Source: a virus (Duplodnaviria; Heunggongvirae; Uroviricota; Caudoviricetes). Taken from it: DNA of 47,453 nucleotides. Below, in pieces: positions 18,298 to 33,533 of this stretch (within the stretch, counting starts at the first letter, position 1; the number at the start of each line of letters is the position of its first letter). The translations under genes were made by a program, and so were the position numbers. A model generated the notes under the pieces. It did no database searches. It had not been told where the DNA came from and saw only the letters and a list, made by a program, of their open reading frames with translations. The stretch lies in the IMG/VR virus record IMGVR_UViG_2778261248_000001; one strand, given 5' to 3'.

Positions 18298-18513
18298 ATG
18301 AAATCAATGGATAAGTTAACAACAGGTATCGCCTATGGCACATCGGCGGGTAATGCTGGTTTCTGGGCATTGCAGTTACTCGATAAAGTAACTCCGTCAC
18401 AGTGGGCTGCAATCGGTGTGCTGGGTAGTCTGGTTTTTGGCCTGCTGACATATCTGACAAACCTTTATTTCAAGATTAAAGAAGACAGGCGTAAGGTTGC
18501 GAGAAGAGAGTAA
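18298..18513 (+). CDS. Pinholin, phage 21 S-type (dual-start MKSM)
   Basis: 71 aa, [23 protein letters not shown] ... two TM segments; close to the S21 pinholin sequence as I recall. Confidence 0.85.
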   Translation: MKSMDKLTTGIAYGTSAGNAGFWALQLLDKVTPSQWAAIGVLGSLVFGLLTYLTNLYFKIKEDRRKVARRE

Positions 18514-18517
18514 TCCA

Positions 18518-19069
18518 ATGACTCAAGACTATGAACTGGTTGTGAAAGGAGTTCGCAATTTTGAGAATAAAGTGGCGGTAACTGTAGCCTTACGGGACAA
18601 AAAACACTTTGACGGTGAAATTTTTGACCTGGACATCTCGCTGGACCGTGTTGAAGGTGCCGCGCTGGAGTTTTATGAGGCAGCAGCCAGAAGGAGCATC
18701 AGACAGGTCTTCCTGGATGTTGCTGCCGGGTTATGTGAAGGGGATGAGCAGTCGCCGGAAAAGCGCCCCATAATTTTAGAGGCGCAGAATGTGTGGATAA
18801 CCTACAAAGGAAAGCTACCGGGAAGAATTACTGGTTCTCTGAAGACGCCACCGACGGCATTGCGGTCAGAAAAAGATGATATTGAATCGCCCATTGAAAA
18901 ACTGGAGGGCAGCGTCGCTGATCTGAATAAAAAATTGTCGGTGCTGATTCCTTCTGAAGATGAAAAAAAACGCCGCGATGAGCAGTTTGCGGCGTTTTAC
19001 GATTATTGCATTGAAGTTACTCGCAGGAATTTTGTGAAGATTTTTGAGGAGGGTAAATCTCTTCAGTAA
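18518..19069 (+). CDS. Hypothetical protein inserted between holin and endolysin
   Basis: 183 aa from ATG 18518 (ORF track used upstream TTG 18497); soluble, charged, no TM segments. Confidence 0.45.
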   Translation: MTQDYELVVKGVRNFENKVAVTVALRDKKHFDGEIFDLDISLDRVEGAALEFYEAAARRSIRQVFLDVAAGLCEGDEQSPEKRPIILEAQNVWITYKGKLPGRITGSLKTPPTALRSEKDDIESPIEKLEGSVADLNKKLSVLIPSEDEKKRRDEQFAAFYDYCIEVTRRNFVKIFEEGKSLQ

Positions 19070-19277
19070 GCTTATTGGCGGACGCTGCAATTAATTCAGG
19101 AAGGTCCGCAAGGTCATCTGTCAGTGGATATGATGAAAAATCGGCGGCAGTTCTGTTAAGAAGCGCTTTAACTAATTCCTTTTCCTTCTCCGGCAACAAG
19201 TTGATTAGAGCTACGACTGCTTGCCTGAGTGCGATTAAATCAGCAAAAGTTTGTTTTGGTAGATTTGTGTAATCCAT
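19017..19277 (-). CDS. Hypothetical 86-aa protein encoded antisense within the lysis cassette
   Basis: ATG 19277 with GAGG 6 nt upstream; plausible helical protein; 3' end overlaps the convergent 183-aa ORF by about 50 nt. Confidence 0.35.
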   Translation of the reverse strand: MDYTNLPKQTFADLIALRQAVVALINLLPEKEKELVKALLNRTAADFSSYPLTDDLADLPELIAASANKLTEEIYPPQKSSQNSCE

Positions 19278-19390
19278 AGTCGCCTCTGTGTTTATCAGAT
19301 TGACATCCTCCTCCCGCCAGTGCCCATCACTGGTGAGGTAAGATTTAACATATCCGGGGATTTGAAGCCGATAAATCCTGATAAATATCC

Positions 19391-20418
<1,028 letters not shown>

Positions 20419-20781
20419 ATTAATATTAAATCGGATTATTTTTAGCGCTGAATGTGAAATTTAAATAAAAAGGACTCTTCCATGAGTCAAAATCCTTGAA
20501 ATCTTAAGGGTAAGATAAAAGGTCATTAGACAGAATGACACGTTTTATTAATAAATAAAGCTATTGTTTCATTCGTGTGTTTTTCTTTACAAAAGTAATC
20601 CTTGCTATGGTTGGTTAATCATGCGTTAATGGTGTTCTGGTTTGTTACAAAATTATCTGAAGCAGTCATTGTTATAATTTTATTATTTGTACCTCTTGAG
20701 ATTTCCTTGTTGGTTTTTCTCTCTGATATTTTTTTTCGGACCATTCTGCCCAAGGGCTAACTTCTTCAAAAGGTAATAATG

Positions 20782-20994
20782 ATGTCTAACAAAATGACTG
20801 GTTTAGTGAAATGGTTTAACCCTGAAAAAGGTTTTGGTTTCATCACGCCGAAAGATGGTAGCAAAGATGTGTTTGTCCATTTCTCAGCTATTCAGAGCAA
20901 CGATTTCAAAACGTTAACTGAGAATCAGGAAGTCGAATTTGGTATTGAGAACGGACCTAAAGGCCCCGCGGCTGTTCATGTTGTGGCACTTTGA
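20782..20994 (+). CDS. cspI: Cold-shock protein CspI-like
   Basis: 70 aa, [45 protein letters not shown]; long AT-rich leader. Confidence 0.85.
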   Translation: MSNKMTGLVKWFNPEKGFGFITPKDGSKDVFVHFSAIQSNDFKTLTENQEVEFGIENGPKGPAAVHVVAL

Positions 20995-21193
20995 GGTAGA
21001 AAATATTACAAACCATATTCACTTTAGATGCCCGTGTTGCCATGGTTCTCAGTATAGAACATCATCTTTTGATGTTTCTGACAGGAATCCTTTCGGGGCA
21101 AAATGTATCTTTTGTAAATCAATGATGATTACATTTGATAATATTTCACAATACTTAAATGTTAGCCGTCTGTCGTTAGATTTAAGAAAGTGA
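20978..21193 (+). CDS. Small zinc-ribbon protein (CPCC ... CIFC), hypothetical; overlaps 3' end of cspI-like gene
   Basis: 71 aa from ATG 20978 (ORF track began at TTG 20939); Cys pattern resembles the 17909-18079 protein; no clear SD. Confidence 0.3.
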   Translation: MLWHFEVENITNHIHFRCPCCHGSQYRTSSFDVSDRNPFGAKCIFCKSMMITFDNISQYLNVSRLSLDLRK

Positions 21194-21198
21194 AAATG

Positions 21199-21222
21199 AA
21201 GGCTCCTTCGGGAGCTTTTTTG
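21199..21222 (+). terminator. Rho-independent terminator
   Basis: AAGGCTCC-TTCG-GGAGCTTT followed by TTTTTGC. Confidence 0.55.
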
Positions 21223-21265
21223 CTTAGTGTCTAGTCGATGGATACTCACATATTACGGTAACATT

Positions 21266-21496
21266 ATGAAAAAAATAATAGTTTTTTTTAACTCTGAACC
21301 AGCAATGGTAGTGCCAGTGATGACCGGAGTTAACACCATCATGCGTGAATATCCAAATGGCGAAACAACACACCTCACTGTAATGGCTGCAGGGTTTCCA
21401 TCTCTGACCGGAGATCATAAAGTCATTTATGTAGCAGCGGATCGACATGTAACTTCAGAAGAAATTCTGGAAGCAGCAATGAGACTCTTGAATTGA
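21266..21496 (+). CDS. Hypothetical small protein (76 aa)
   Basis: ATG 21266; ORF only, no recognisable motif. Confidence 0.35.
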   Translation: MKKIIVFFNSEPAMVVPVMTGVNTIMREYPNGETTHLTVMAAGFPSLTGDHKVIYVAADRHVTSEEILEAAMRLLN

Positions 21497-21668
21497 TTTG
21501 ATTCTAATGCATTGATAATAAATGATAATCATCTTTATCTGTTTGTGTGAAATTTAGACCGTCGTATGTTGATTATTGCGATGTTTCATCTTATCTTTTA
21601 TACGTTTGCTCCATATAATTGACACTACTGTGTACCAGGAAAGTCATAACAGACTAAAAGAGGAAATG

Positions 21669-21842
21669 ATGAACATTGAAGAGTTAAAAACAAAAACAGA
21701 AGCAGATATTTCTGAATATATAACAAAAAAAATCATTGAGCTTAAGAAAAAGACCGGGAAAGAAGTTACCAGTATCCAGTTTACTGCACGGGAAAAAATG
21801 ACTGGTCTTGAAAGCTATGATATCAAGATTGATTTAATCTAG
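21669..21842 (+). CDS. gnsB: GnsA/GnsB-family small protein
   Basis: 57 aa, MNIEELKTKTEADISEYITKKIIELKKKTGKEVTSIQFTAREKMTGLESYDIKIDLI resembles GnsB as I recall; AGAGGA SD. Confidence 0.65.
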   Translation: MNIEELKTKTEADISEYITKKIIELKKKTGKEVTSIQFTAREKMTGLESYDIKIDLI

Positions 21843-22137
21843 TCTGTTTATAGTATTAGCATCAATTTCTTGTCAGATGCTATTCAACAATACAATTTAC
21901 CCATAAACCTCGTTTTTACGGGGTTTTGTTATATTTAAACATTACCGAATAGATATAAATCTCGATAGTCGGTGGTATTGGTTGTGTGACAATACCTAGT
22001 CTTTTCGGTATGCCTGGAGAGAATACAAACGACAGATTATGTAAGGGAAACGCGCTGAAACTTTCACACTTTCATGCTGAGTGATTTGACGTTATATTTT
22101 TAGCCGCAAGTGAAGAGCAAACGCATGGAGCGACAAA

Positions 22138-22344
22138 ATGCATAAAGATCAATACACTGATGACTCATCCCTGGATCAGGTCCGTGTAAAAACTATGCTC
22201 ACTAGCACCATTTCTATGAGTTATCCGGATGTTGTAATTGCATGTATAGAACATCAAGTGTCTCTGGAAGCATTCAGGGCAATTGAGGCAGCGTTGGTGA
22301 AGCACGATAAGAATTCGAAGGATTATTCCCTGGTGGTTGACTGA
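22138..22344 (+). CDS. Conserved lambdoid right-end small protein (68 aa)
   Basis: ORF with ...[30 protein letters not shown]... matching my recollection of a small ORF near the right end of lambda. Confidence 0.5.
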   Translation: MHKDQYTDDSSLDQVRVKTMLTSTISMSYPDVVIACIEHQVSLEAFRAIEAALVKHDKNSKDYSLVVD

Positions 22345-22594
22345 TCACCATAACTGCTAACCATTCAAACTATTTCACCTGTGACAGAGTCAATATCGCA
22401 TTCTGTCACTGTCAGGCTAATACAGAACTACAATTCAACTACTGCAATGCCTCGTAATTAGGTGAATTTACAATATCGTCCTGTTCGGATGCCAACTGCA
22501 TTTCTGAGGATAAGGCGTTTATGACTCACATATTTGTCCCACACGCTCGCCAGTCCTGTGCGGGGTGGGAGGGGAGGTAAAGAAACCGGGATGT

Positions 22595-22789
22595 TCATCC
22601 ATCATCACTTTGGATTGATGTATATGCTCTCTTTTCTGACGTTAGTCTCCGACGGCAGGCTTCAATGACCCAGGCTGAGAAATTCCCAGACCCTTTTTGC
22701 TCAAGAGCGATGTTAATTTGTTCAATCATTTGGTTAGGAAAGCGGATGTTGCGGGTTGTTGTTCTGCGGGTTCTGTTCTTCGTTGACAT
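22595..22789 (-). CDS. Small ribbon-helix-helix-type DNA-binding protein (YlcI-like)
   Basis: 64 aa, MSTKNRTRRTTTRNIRFPNQMIEQINIALEQKGSGNFSAWVIEACRRRL; basic N-terminus, RHH-like core; located just left of cos. Confidence 0.55.
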   Translation of the reverse strand: MSTKNRTRRTTTRNIRFPNQMIEQINIALEQKGSGNFSAWVIEACRRRLTSEKRAYTSIQSDDG

Positions 22790-22976
22790 GAGGTTGCCCC
22801 GTATTCAGTGTCGCTGATTTGTATTGTCTGAAGTTGTTTTTACGTTAAGTTGATGCAGATCAATTAATACGATACCTGCGTCATAATTGATTATTTGACG
22901 TGGTTTGATGGCGTAGATGCACGTTGTGACATGTAGATGATAATTATTATCATTTTGCGGGTCCTTTCCGGCGATC

Positions 22977-23000
22977 CGACAGGTTACGGGGCGGCGACCT
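22977..23000. other. cos: Lambda-type cohesive end site (cosN; 12-nt overhang GGGCGGCGACCT at 22989-23000)
   Basis: cgacaggttacg|GGGCGGCGACCTcgcgggttttcgctatttatg matches the lambda right-end/left-end junction as I recall it; Nu1 gene begins about 180 bp downstream. Confidence 0.8.
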
Positions 23001-23177
23001 CGCGGGTTTTCGCTATTTATGAAAATTTTCCGGTTTAAGGCGTTTCCGTTCTTCTTCGTCATAACTTAATGTTTTTATTTAAAATACCCTCTGAAAAGAA
23101 AGGAAACGACAGGTGCTGAAAGCGAGCTTTTTGGCCTCTGTCGTTTCCTTTTTCTGTTTTTGTCCGTGGAATGAACA

Positions 23178-23697
23178 ATGGAAGTCAACAAAAAGCAGCT
23201 GGCTGACATTTTCGGTGCGAGTATCCGTACCATTCAGAACTGGCAGGAACAGGGAATGCCCGTTCTGCGAGGCGGTGGCAAGGGTAATGAGGTGCTTTAT
23301 GACTCTGCCGCCGTCATAAAATGGTATGCCGAAAGGGATGCTGAAATTGAGAACGAAAAGCTGCGCCGGGAAGTTGAAGAACTGCGGCAGGCCAGCGAGA
23401 CAGATCTCCAGCCAGGGACTATTGAGTACGAACGCCATCGACTTACGCGTGCGCAGGCCGACGCACAGGAGCTGAAAAATGCCAGAGACTCCGCTGAAGT
23501 GGTGGAAACCGCATTCTGTACTTTCGTGCTGTCGCGGATCGCAGGTGAAATTGCCAGTATTCTCGACGGGATCCCCCTGTCGGTGCAGCGGCGTTTTCCG
23601 GAACTGGAAAACCGACATGTTGATTTCCTGAAACGGGATATCATCAAAGCCATGAACAAAGCAGCCGCGCTGGATGAACTGATACCGGGGTTGCTGA

Positions 23698-23723
<26 letters not shown>
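23178..23723 (+). CDS. nu1: Terminase small subunit Nu1
   Basis: 181 aa, MEVNKKQLADIFGASIRTIQNWQEQGMPV... essentially the lambda Nu1 sequence as I recall it. Confidence 0.95.
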
Positions 23724-27404
<3,681 letters not shown>

Positions 27405-27424
<20 letters not shown>

Positions 27425-28724
27425 TCTCCCGCATATTGCCAGCATGGCCTTTAATGAGCCGCTGATGCTTGAACCCGCCTATGCGCGGGTTTTCTTTTGT
27501 GCGCTTGCAGGCCAGCTTGGGATCAGCCGCCTGACGGATGCGGTGTCCGGCGACAGCCTGACTGCCCAGGAGGCACTCGCGACGCTGGCATTATCCGGTG
27601 ATGATGACGGACCACGACAGGCCCGCAGTTATCAGGTCATGAACGGCATCGCCGTGCTGCCGGTGTCCGGCACGCTGGTCAGCCGGACGCGGGCGCTGCA
27701 GCCGTACTCGGGGATGACCGGTTACAACGGCATTATCGCCCGTCTGCAACAGGCTGCCAGCGATCCGATGGTGGACGGCATTCTGCTCGATATGGACACG
27801 CCCGGCGGGATGGTGGCGGGGGCATTTGACTGCGCTGACATCATCGCCCGTGTGCGTGACATAAAACCGGTATGGGCGCTTGCCAACGACATGAACTGCA
27901 GTGCAGGTCAGTTGCTTGCCAGTGCCGCCTCCCGGCGTCTGGTCACGCAGACCGCCCGGACAGGCTCCATCGGCGTCATGATGGCTCACAGTAATTACGG
28001 TGCTGCGCTGGAGAAACAGGGTGTGGAAATCACGCTGATTTACAGCGGCAGCCATAAGGTGGATGGCAACCCCTACAGCCATCTTCCGGATGACGTCCGG
28101 GAAACACTGCAGTCCCGGATGGACGCAACCCGCCAGATGTTTGCGCAGAAGGTGTCGGCATATACCGGCCTGTCCGTGCAGGCTGTGCTGGATACCGAGG
28201 CTGCAGTGTACAGCGGTCAGGAGGCCATTGATGCCGGACTGGCTGATGAACTTGTTAACAGTACCGATGCGATCACCGTCATGCGTGATGCACTGGATGC
28301 ACGTAAATCCCGTCTCTCAGGAGGGCGAATGACCAAAGAGACTCAATCAACAACTGTTTCAGCCACTGCTTCGCAGGCTGACGTTACTGGCGTGGTGCAA
28401 GCGACGGAGGGCGAGAACGCCAGCGCTGCGCAGCCGGACGTGAACGCGCAGATCACCGCAGCGGTTGCGGCAGAAAACAGTCGCATTATGGGGATCCTCA
28501 ACTGTGAGGAGGCTCACGGACGCGAAGAACAGGCACGCGTGCTGGCCGAAACCCCCGGTATGACCGTGGAAACGGCCCGCCGCATTCTGGCCGCAGCACC
28601 ACAGAGTGCACAGGCGCGCAGTGACACTGCGCTGGATCGTCTGATGCAGGGGGCACCGGCACCGCTGGCTGCAGGTAACCCGGCATCTGATGCCGTTAAC
28701 GATTTGCTGAACACACCAGTGTAA
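27405..28724 (+). CDS. C: Head maturation protease / minor capsid protein C
   Basis: GTG start 27405 after AGAGGAGGAGGAG, overlapping the end of B; translation VTAELRNLPHIASMAFNEPLM... as lambda C; ORF-track TTG start at 27291 is an upstream extension. Confidence 0.9.
28119..28724 (+). CDS. nu3: Scaffolding protein Nu3 (in-frame internal start within C)
   Basis: In-frame ATG at 28119, at the position where lambda Nu3 starts by collinearity; shares C stop. Confidence 0.55.
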   Translation: MDATRQMFAQKVSAYTGLSVQAVLDTEAAVYSGQEAIDAGLADELVNSTDAITVMRDALDARKSRLSGGRMTKETQSTTVSATASQADVTGVVQATEGENASAAQPDVNAQITAAVAAENSRIMGILNCEEAHGREEQARVLAETPGMTVETARRILAAAPQSAQARSDTALDRLMQGAPAPLAAGNPASDAVNDLLNTPV

Positions 28725-28733
28725 GGGATGTTT

Positions 28734-29066
28734 ATGACGAGCAAAGAAACCTTTACCCATTACCAGCCGCTGGGCAACAGTGACCCGGCACATACGGCAA
28801 CCGCGCCCGGCGGATTGAGTGCGAAAGCGCCTGCAATGACCCCGCTGATGCCGGATACCGCCACCCGTAAGCTGGTTGCGTGGGATGGCACCACCGACGG
28901 TGCTGCCGTTGGCATTCTGGCGGTTGATGCTGACCAGACCAGCACCACGCTGACGTTCTACAAGTCCGGCACGTTCCGTTATGAGGATGTGCTCTGGCCG
29001 GAGGCTGCCAGCGACGAGACGAAAAAACGGACCGCGTTTGCCGGAACGGCAATCAGCATCGTTTAA
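28734..29066 (+). CDS. D: Head decoration protein D
   Basis: 110 aa from ATG 28734, [27 protein letters not shown]... as lambda gpD. Confidence 0.9.
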   Translation: MTSKETFTHYQPLGNSDPAHTATAPGGLSAKAPAMTPLMPDTATRKLVAWDGTTDGAAVGILAVDADQTSTTLTFYKSGTFRYEDVLWPEAASDETKKRTAFAGTAISIV

Positions 29067-29121
29067 CTTTACCCTTCATCACTAAAGGCCGCCTGTGCGG
29101 CTTTTTTTACGGGATTTTTTT

Positions 29122-30147
29122 ATGTCGATGTACACAACCGCCCAGCTGCTGGCGGCAAATGAGCAGAAATTTAAGTTTGATCCGCTGTTTCTGCGTCTCT
29201 TTTTCCGTGAGAGCTATCCCTTCACTACGGAGAAAGTCTATCTCTCACAAATTCCGGGACTGGTAAACATGGCGCTGTACGTTTCGCCGATTGTTTCCGG
29301 TGAGGTTATCCGTTCCCGTGGCGGCTCCACCTCTGAATTTACGCCGGGATATGTCAAACCCAAGCATGAAGTGAATCCGCAGATGACCCTGCGTCGCCTG
29401 CCGGATGAAGATCCGCAGAATCTGGCGGACCCGGCTTACCGCCGCCGTCGCATCATCCTGCAGAACATGCGTGACGAAGAGCTGGCCATTGCTCAGGTCG
29501 AAGAGATGCAGGCAGTTTCTGCCGTGCTCAAGGGCAAATACACCATGACCGGTGAAGCCTTCGATCCGGTTGAGGTGGATATGGGCCGCAGTGCGGCGAA
29601 CAACATCACGCAGTCCGGCGGCACGGAGTGGAGCAAGCGTGACAAGTCCACGTATGACCCGACCGACGATATCGAAGCCTACGCGCTGAACGCCAGCGGC
29701 GTGGTGAATATCATCGTGTTTGATCCGAAAGGCTGGGCGCTGTTCCGTTCCTTCAAAGCCGTCAGGGAGAAGCTGGATACCCGTCGCGGCTCTCATTCCG
29801 AGCTGGAGACAGCGGTGAAAGACCTGGGTAAAGCGGTGTCCTATAAGGGGATGTATGGCGATGTGGCCATCGTCGTGTATTCCGGACAGTACGTGGAAAA
29901 CGGCGTCAAAAAGAACTTCCTGCCGGACAACACGATGGTACTGGGGAACACTCAGGCACGCGGTCTGCGCACCTATGGCTGCATTCAGGATGCGGACGCA
30001 CAGCGCGAAGGCATTAACGCCTCTGCCCGTTACCCGAAAAACTGGGTGACCACCGGCGATCCGGCGCGTGAGTTCACCATGATTCAGTCAGCACCGCTGA
30101 TGCTGCTGGCTGACCCTGATGAGTTCGTTTCCGTACAACTGGCGTAA
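29122..30147 (+). CDS. E: Major capsid protein E
   Basis: 341 aa from ATG 29122, MSMYTTAQLLAANEQKFKFDPLFLRLF... as lambda gpE. Confidence 0.95.
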   Translation: MSMYTTAQLLAANEQKFKFDPLFLRLFFRESYPFTTEKVYLSQIPGLVNMALYVSPIVSGEVIRSRGGSTSEFTPGYVKPKHEVNPQMTLRRLPDEDPQNLADPAYRRRRIILQNMRDEELAIAQVEEMQAVSAVLKGKYTMTGEAFDPVEVDMGRSAANNITQSGGTEWSKRDKSTYDPTDDIEAYALNASGVVNIIVFDPKGWALFRSFKAVREKLDTRRGSHSELETAVKDLGKAVSYKGMYGDVAIVVYSGQYVENGVKKNFLPDNTMVLGNTQARGLRTYGCIQDADAQREGINASARYPKNWVTTGDPAREFTMIQSAPLMLLADPDEFVSVQLA

Positions 30148-30188
30148 TCGTGGCCCTTCGGGGCCATTTTCTCTCTGTGGAGGAGTTC

Positions 30189-30584
30189 ATGACGAAAGAT
30201 GAACTGATTGCCCGTCTTCAGGAGCTGGGTGAGCAACTGAACCGCGATGTCAGTTTGACGGGAACGAAAGAAGAACTGGCGCTCCGTGTGGCAGAGCTGG
30301 AAGAGGAGCTTGATGACACGGATGACACTGCCGATCAGGATACCCCTATCAGCCCGGAAAATGCGCTGACCGGACATGAAAATGAGGTTGTATCAGCGCA
30401 GCCGGATACCGTAACTGATACGGCTGATCTGGTCACGGTTGTGGCACTGGTGACGCTGCATACTGATGCACTTCACGCCACGCGGGATGAACCTGTGGCA
30501 TTTGTGCTTCCGGGAACGGCGTTCCGTGTCTCTGCCGGTGTGACAGCCGAAATGACAGAACGTGGCCTGGCCAGAATGCAATAA
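30189..30584 (+). CDS. FI: DNA packaging protein FI
   Basis: ATG 30189 after GGAGGA; MTKDELIARLQELGEQLNRDVSLTGTKEELALRVAELEEEL as lambda FI. Confidence 0.85.
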   Translation: MTKDELIARLQELGEQLNRDVSLTGTKEELALRVAELEEELDDTDDTADQDTPISPENALTGHENEVVSAQPDTVTDTADLVTVVALVTLHTDALHATRDEPVAFVLPGTAFRVSAGVTAEMTERGLARMQ

Positions 30585-30595
30585 CGGGAGGCGCT

Positions 30596-30949
30596 GTGGC
30601 TGATTTCGATAACCTGTTCGATGCTGCCATTGCCCGCGCCGATGAAACGATACGCGGGTACATGGGAACGTCAGCCACCATGACATCCGGTGAGCAGTCC
30701 GGCGCAGTAATACGTGGTGTTTTTGATGACCCTGAAAATATCAGCTATGCCGGACAGGGCGTGCGCGTTGAAGGCTCCAGCCCGTCCCTGTTTGTCCGGA
30801 CTGATGATGTGCGGCAGCTGCGGCGTGGAGACACGCTGACCATCGGTGAGGAAAACTTCTGGATAGACCGGGTTTCGCCGGATGATGGTGGAAGCTGTCA
30901 TCTCTGGCTTGGGCGGGGCGTACCGCCTGCCGTTAACCGTCGCCGCTGA
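30596..30949 (+). CDS. FII: Head completion protein FII
   Basis: 117 aa, GTG start; MADFDNLFDAAIARADETIRGYMG... as lambda FII. Confidence 0.85.
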   Translation: MADFDNLFDAAIARADETIRGYMGTSATMTSGEQSGAVIRGVFDDPENISYAGQGVRVEGSSPSLFVRTDDVRQLRRGDTLTIGEENFWIDRVSPDDGGSCHLWLGRGVPPAVNRRR

Positions 30950-30960
30950 AAGGGGGATGT

Positions 30961-31539
30961 ATGGCCATAAAAGGTCTTGAGCAGGCCGTTGAAAACCTCA
31001 GCCGTATCAGCAAAACGGCGGTGCCTGGTGCCGCCGCAATGGCCATTAACCGCGTTGCTTCATCCGCGATATCGCAGTCGGCGTCACAGGTTGCCCGTGA
31101 GACAAAGGTACGCCGGAAACTGGTAAAGGAAAGGGCCAGGCTGAAAAGGGCCACGGTCAAAAATCCGCAGGCCAGAATCAAAGTTAACCGGGGGGATTTG
31201 CCCGTAATCAGGCTGGGTAATGCGCGGGTTGTCCTTTCGCGCCGCAGGCGTCGTAAAAAGGGGCAGCGTTCATCCCTGAAAGGTGGCGGCAGCGTGCTTG
31301 TGGTGGGTAACCGTCGTATTCCCGGCGCGTTTATTCAGCAACTGAAAAATGGCCGGTGGCATGTCATGCAGCGTGTGGCCGGGAAAAACCGTTACCCCAT
31401 TGATGTGGTGAAAATCCCGATGGCGGTGCCGCTGACCACGGCGTTTAAACAAAATATTGAGCGGATACGGCGTGAACGTCTTCCGAAAGAGCTGGGCTAT
31501 GCGCTGCAGCATCAACTGAGGATGATAATAAAGCGATGA
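30961..31539 (+). CDS. Z: Tail completion protein Z
   Basis: 192 aa, lambda gpZ position and size. Confidence 0.85.
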   Translation: MAIKGLEQAVENLSRISKTAVPGAAAMAINRVASSAISQSASQVARETKVRRKLVKERARLKRATVKNPQARIKVNRGDLPVIRLGNARVVLSRRRRRKKGQRSSLKGGGSVLVVGNRRIPGAFIQQLKNGRWHVMQRVAGKNRYPIDVVKIPMAVPLTTAFKQNIERIRRERLPKELGYALQHQLRMIIKR

Positions 31540-31931
31540 AACATACTGAACTCCGTGCAGCCGTACTGGATGCACTGGAGAAGCATGACACCGGGGCGAC
31601 GTTTTTTGATGGTCGCCCCGCTGTTTTTGATGAGGCGGATTTTCCGGCAGTTGCCGTTTATCTCACCGGCGCTGAATACACGGGCGAAGAGCTGGACAGC
31701 GATACCTGGCAGGCGGAGCTGCATATCGAAGTTTTCCTGCCTGCTCAGGTGCCGGATTCAGAGCTGGATGCGTGGATGGAGTCCCGGATTTATCCGGTGA
31801 TGAGCGATATCCCGGCACTGTCAGATTTGATCACCAGTATGGTGGCCAGCGGCTATGACTACCGGCGCGACGATGATGCGGGCCTGTGGAGTTCAGCCGA
31901 TCTGACTTATGTCATTACCTATGAAATGTGA
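31536..31931 (+). CDS. U: Tail terminator protein U
   Basis: 131 aa, ATGA overlap with Z; lambda gpU size. Confidence 0.85.
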
Positions 31932-31938
31932 GGACGCT

Positions 31939-32679
31939 ATGCCTGTACCAAATCCTACAATGCCGGTGAAAGGTGCCGGGACCACCCTGTGGGTTTATAA
32001 GGGGAGCGGTGACCCTTATGCGAATCCGCTTTCAGACGTTGACTGGTCGCGTCTGGCAAAAGTTAAAGACCTGACGCCCGGCGAACTGACCGCTGAGTCC
32101 TATGACGACAGCTATCTCGATGATGAAGATGCAGACTGGACTGCGACCGGGCAGGGGCAGAAATCTGCCGGAGATACCAGCTTCACGCTGGCGTGGATGC
32201 CCGGAGAGCAGGGGCAGCAGGCGCTGCTGGCGTGGTTTAATGAAGGCGATACCCGTGCCTATAAAATCCGCTTCCCGAACGGCACGGTCGATGTGTTCCG
32301 TGGCTGGGTCAGCAGTATCGGTAAGGCGGTGACGGCGAAGGAAGTGATCACCCGCACGGTGAAAGTCACCAATGTGGGACGTCCGTCGATGGCAGAAGAT
32401 CGCAGCACGGTAACAGCGGCAACCGGCATGACCGTGACGCCTGCCAGCACCTCGGTGGTGAAAGGGCAGAGCACCACGCTGACCGTGGCCTTCCAGCCGG
32501 AGGGCGTAACCGACAAGAGCTTTCGTGCGGTGTCTGCGGATAAAACAAAAGCCACCGTGTCGGTCAGTGGTATGACCATCACCGTGAACGGCGTTGCTGC
32601 AGGCAAGGTCAACATTCCGGTTGTATCCGGTAATGGTGAGTTTGCTGCGGTTGCAGAAATTACCGTCACCGCCAGTTAA
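31939..32679 (+). CDS. V: Major tail protein V
   Basis: 246 aa from ATG 31939, [31 protein letters not shown]... as lambda gpV. Confidence 0.9.
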
Positions 32680-32694
32680 TCCGGAGAGTCAGCG

Positions 32695-33117
32695 ATGTTC
32701 CTGAAAACCGAATCATTTGAACATAACGGTGTGACCGTCACGCTTTCTGAACTGTCAGCCCTGCAGCGCATTGAGCATCTCGCCCTGATGAAACGGCAGG
32801 CAGAACAGGCGGAGTCAGACAGCAACCGGAAGTTTACTGTGGAAGACGCCATCAGAACCGGCGCGTTTCTGGTGGCGATGTCCCTGTGGCATAACCATCC
32901 GCAGAAGACGCAGATGCCGTCCATGAATGAAGCCGTTAAACAGATTGAGCAGGAAGTGCTTACCACCTGGCCCACGGAGGCAATTTCTCATGCTGAAAAC
33001 GTGGTGTACCGGCTGTCCGGTATGTATGAGTTTGTGGTGAATAATGCCCCTGAACAGACAGAGGACGCCGGGCCCGCAGAGCCTGTTTCTGCGGGAAAGT
33101 GTTCGACGGTGAGCTGA
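32695..33117 (+). CDS. G: Tail assembly chaperone G
   Basis: 140 aa; ends with slippery heptamer G GGA AAG at 33093-33099 just before the stop. Confidence 0.85.
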   Translation: MFLKTESFEHNGVTVTLSELSALQRIEHLALMKRQAEQAESDSNRKFTVEDAIRTGAFLVAMSLWHNHPQKTQMPSMNEAVKQIEQEVLTTWPTEAISHAENVVYRLSGMYEFVVNNAPEQTEDAGPAEPVSAGKCSTVS

Positions 33118-33533
33118 GTTTTGCCCTGAAACTGGCGCGTGAGATGGGGCGACCCGACTGGCGTGCCATGCTTGCCGGGATGTCATCCACGGAGTATGCC
33201 GACTGGCACCGCTTTTACAGTACCCATTATTTTCATGATGTTCTGCTGGATATGCACTTTTCCGGGCTGACGTACACCGTGCTCAGCCTGTTTTTCAGCG
33301 ATCCGGATATGCATCCGCTGGATTTCAGTCTGCTGAACCGGCGCGAGGCTGACGAAGAGCCTGAAGATGATGTGCTGATGCAGAAAGCGGCAGGGCTTGC
33401 CGGAGGTGTCCGCTTTGGCCCGGACGGGAATGAAGTTATCCCCGCTTCCCCGGATGTGGCGGACATGACGGAGGATGACGTAATGCTGATGACAGTATCA
33501 GAAGGGATCGCAGGAGGAGTCCGGTATGGCTGA
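32695..33533 (+). CDS. T: Tail assembly chaperone G-T fusion made by programmed -1 frameshift at 33093-33099
   Basis: T reading frame (33099-33533) is in the -1 frame with no independent initiation signal; GGGAAAG slip site as in lambda. Confidence 0.75.

Noticed and set aside
22805-23062. 85-aa minus-strand ORF spanning the cos site
   Set aside because: Overlaps cosN/cosB-type DNA that is non-coding in lambda; odd composition and no ribosome-binding site.
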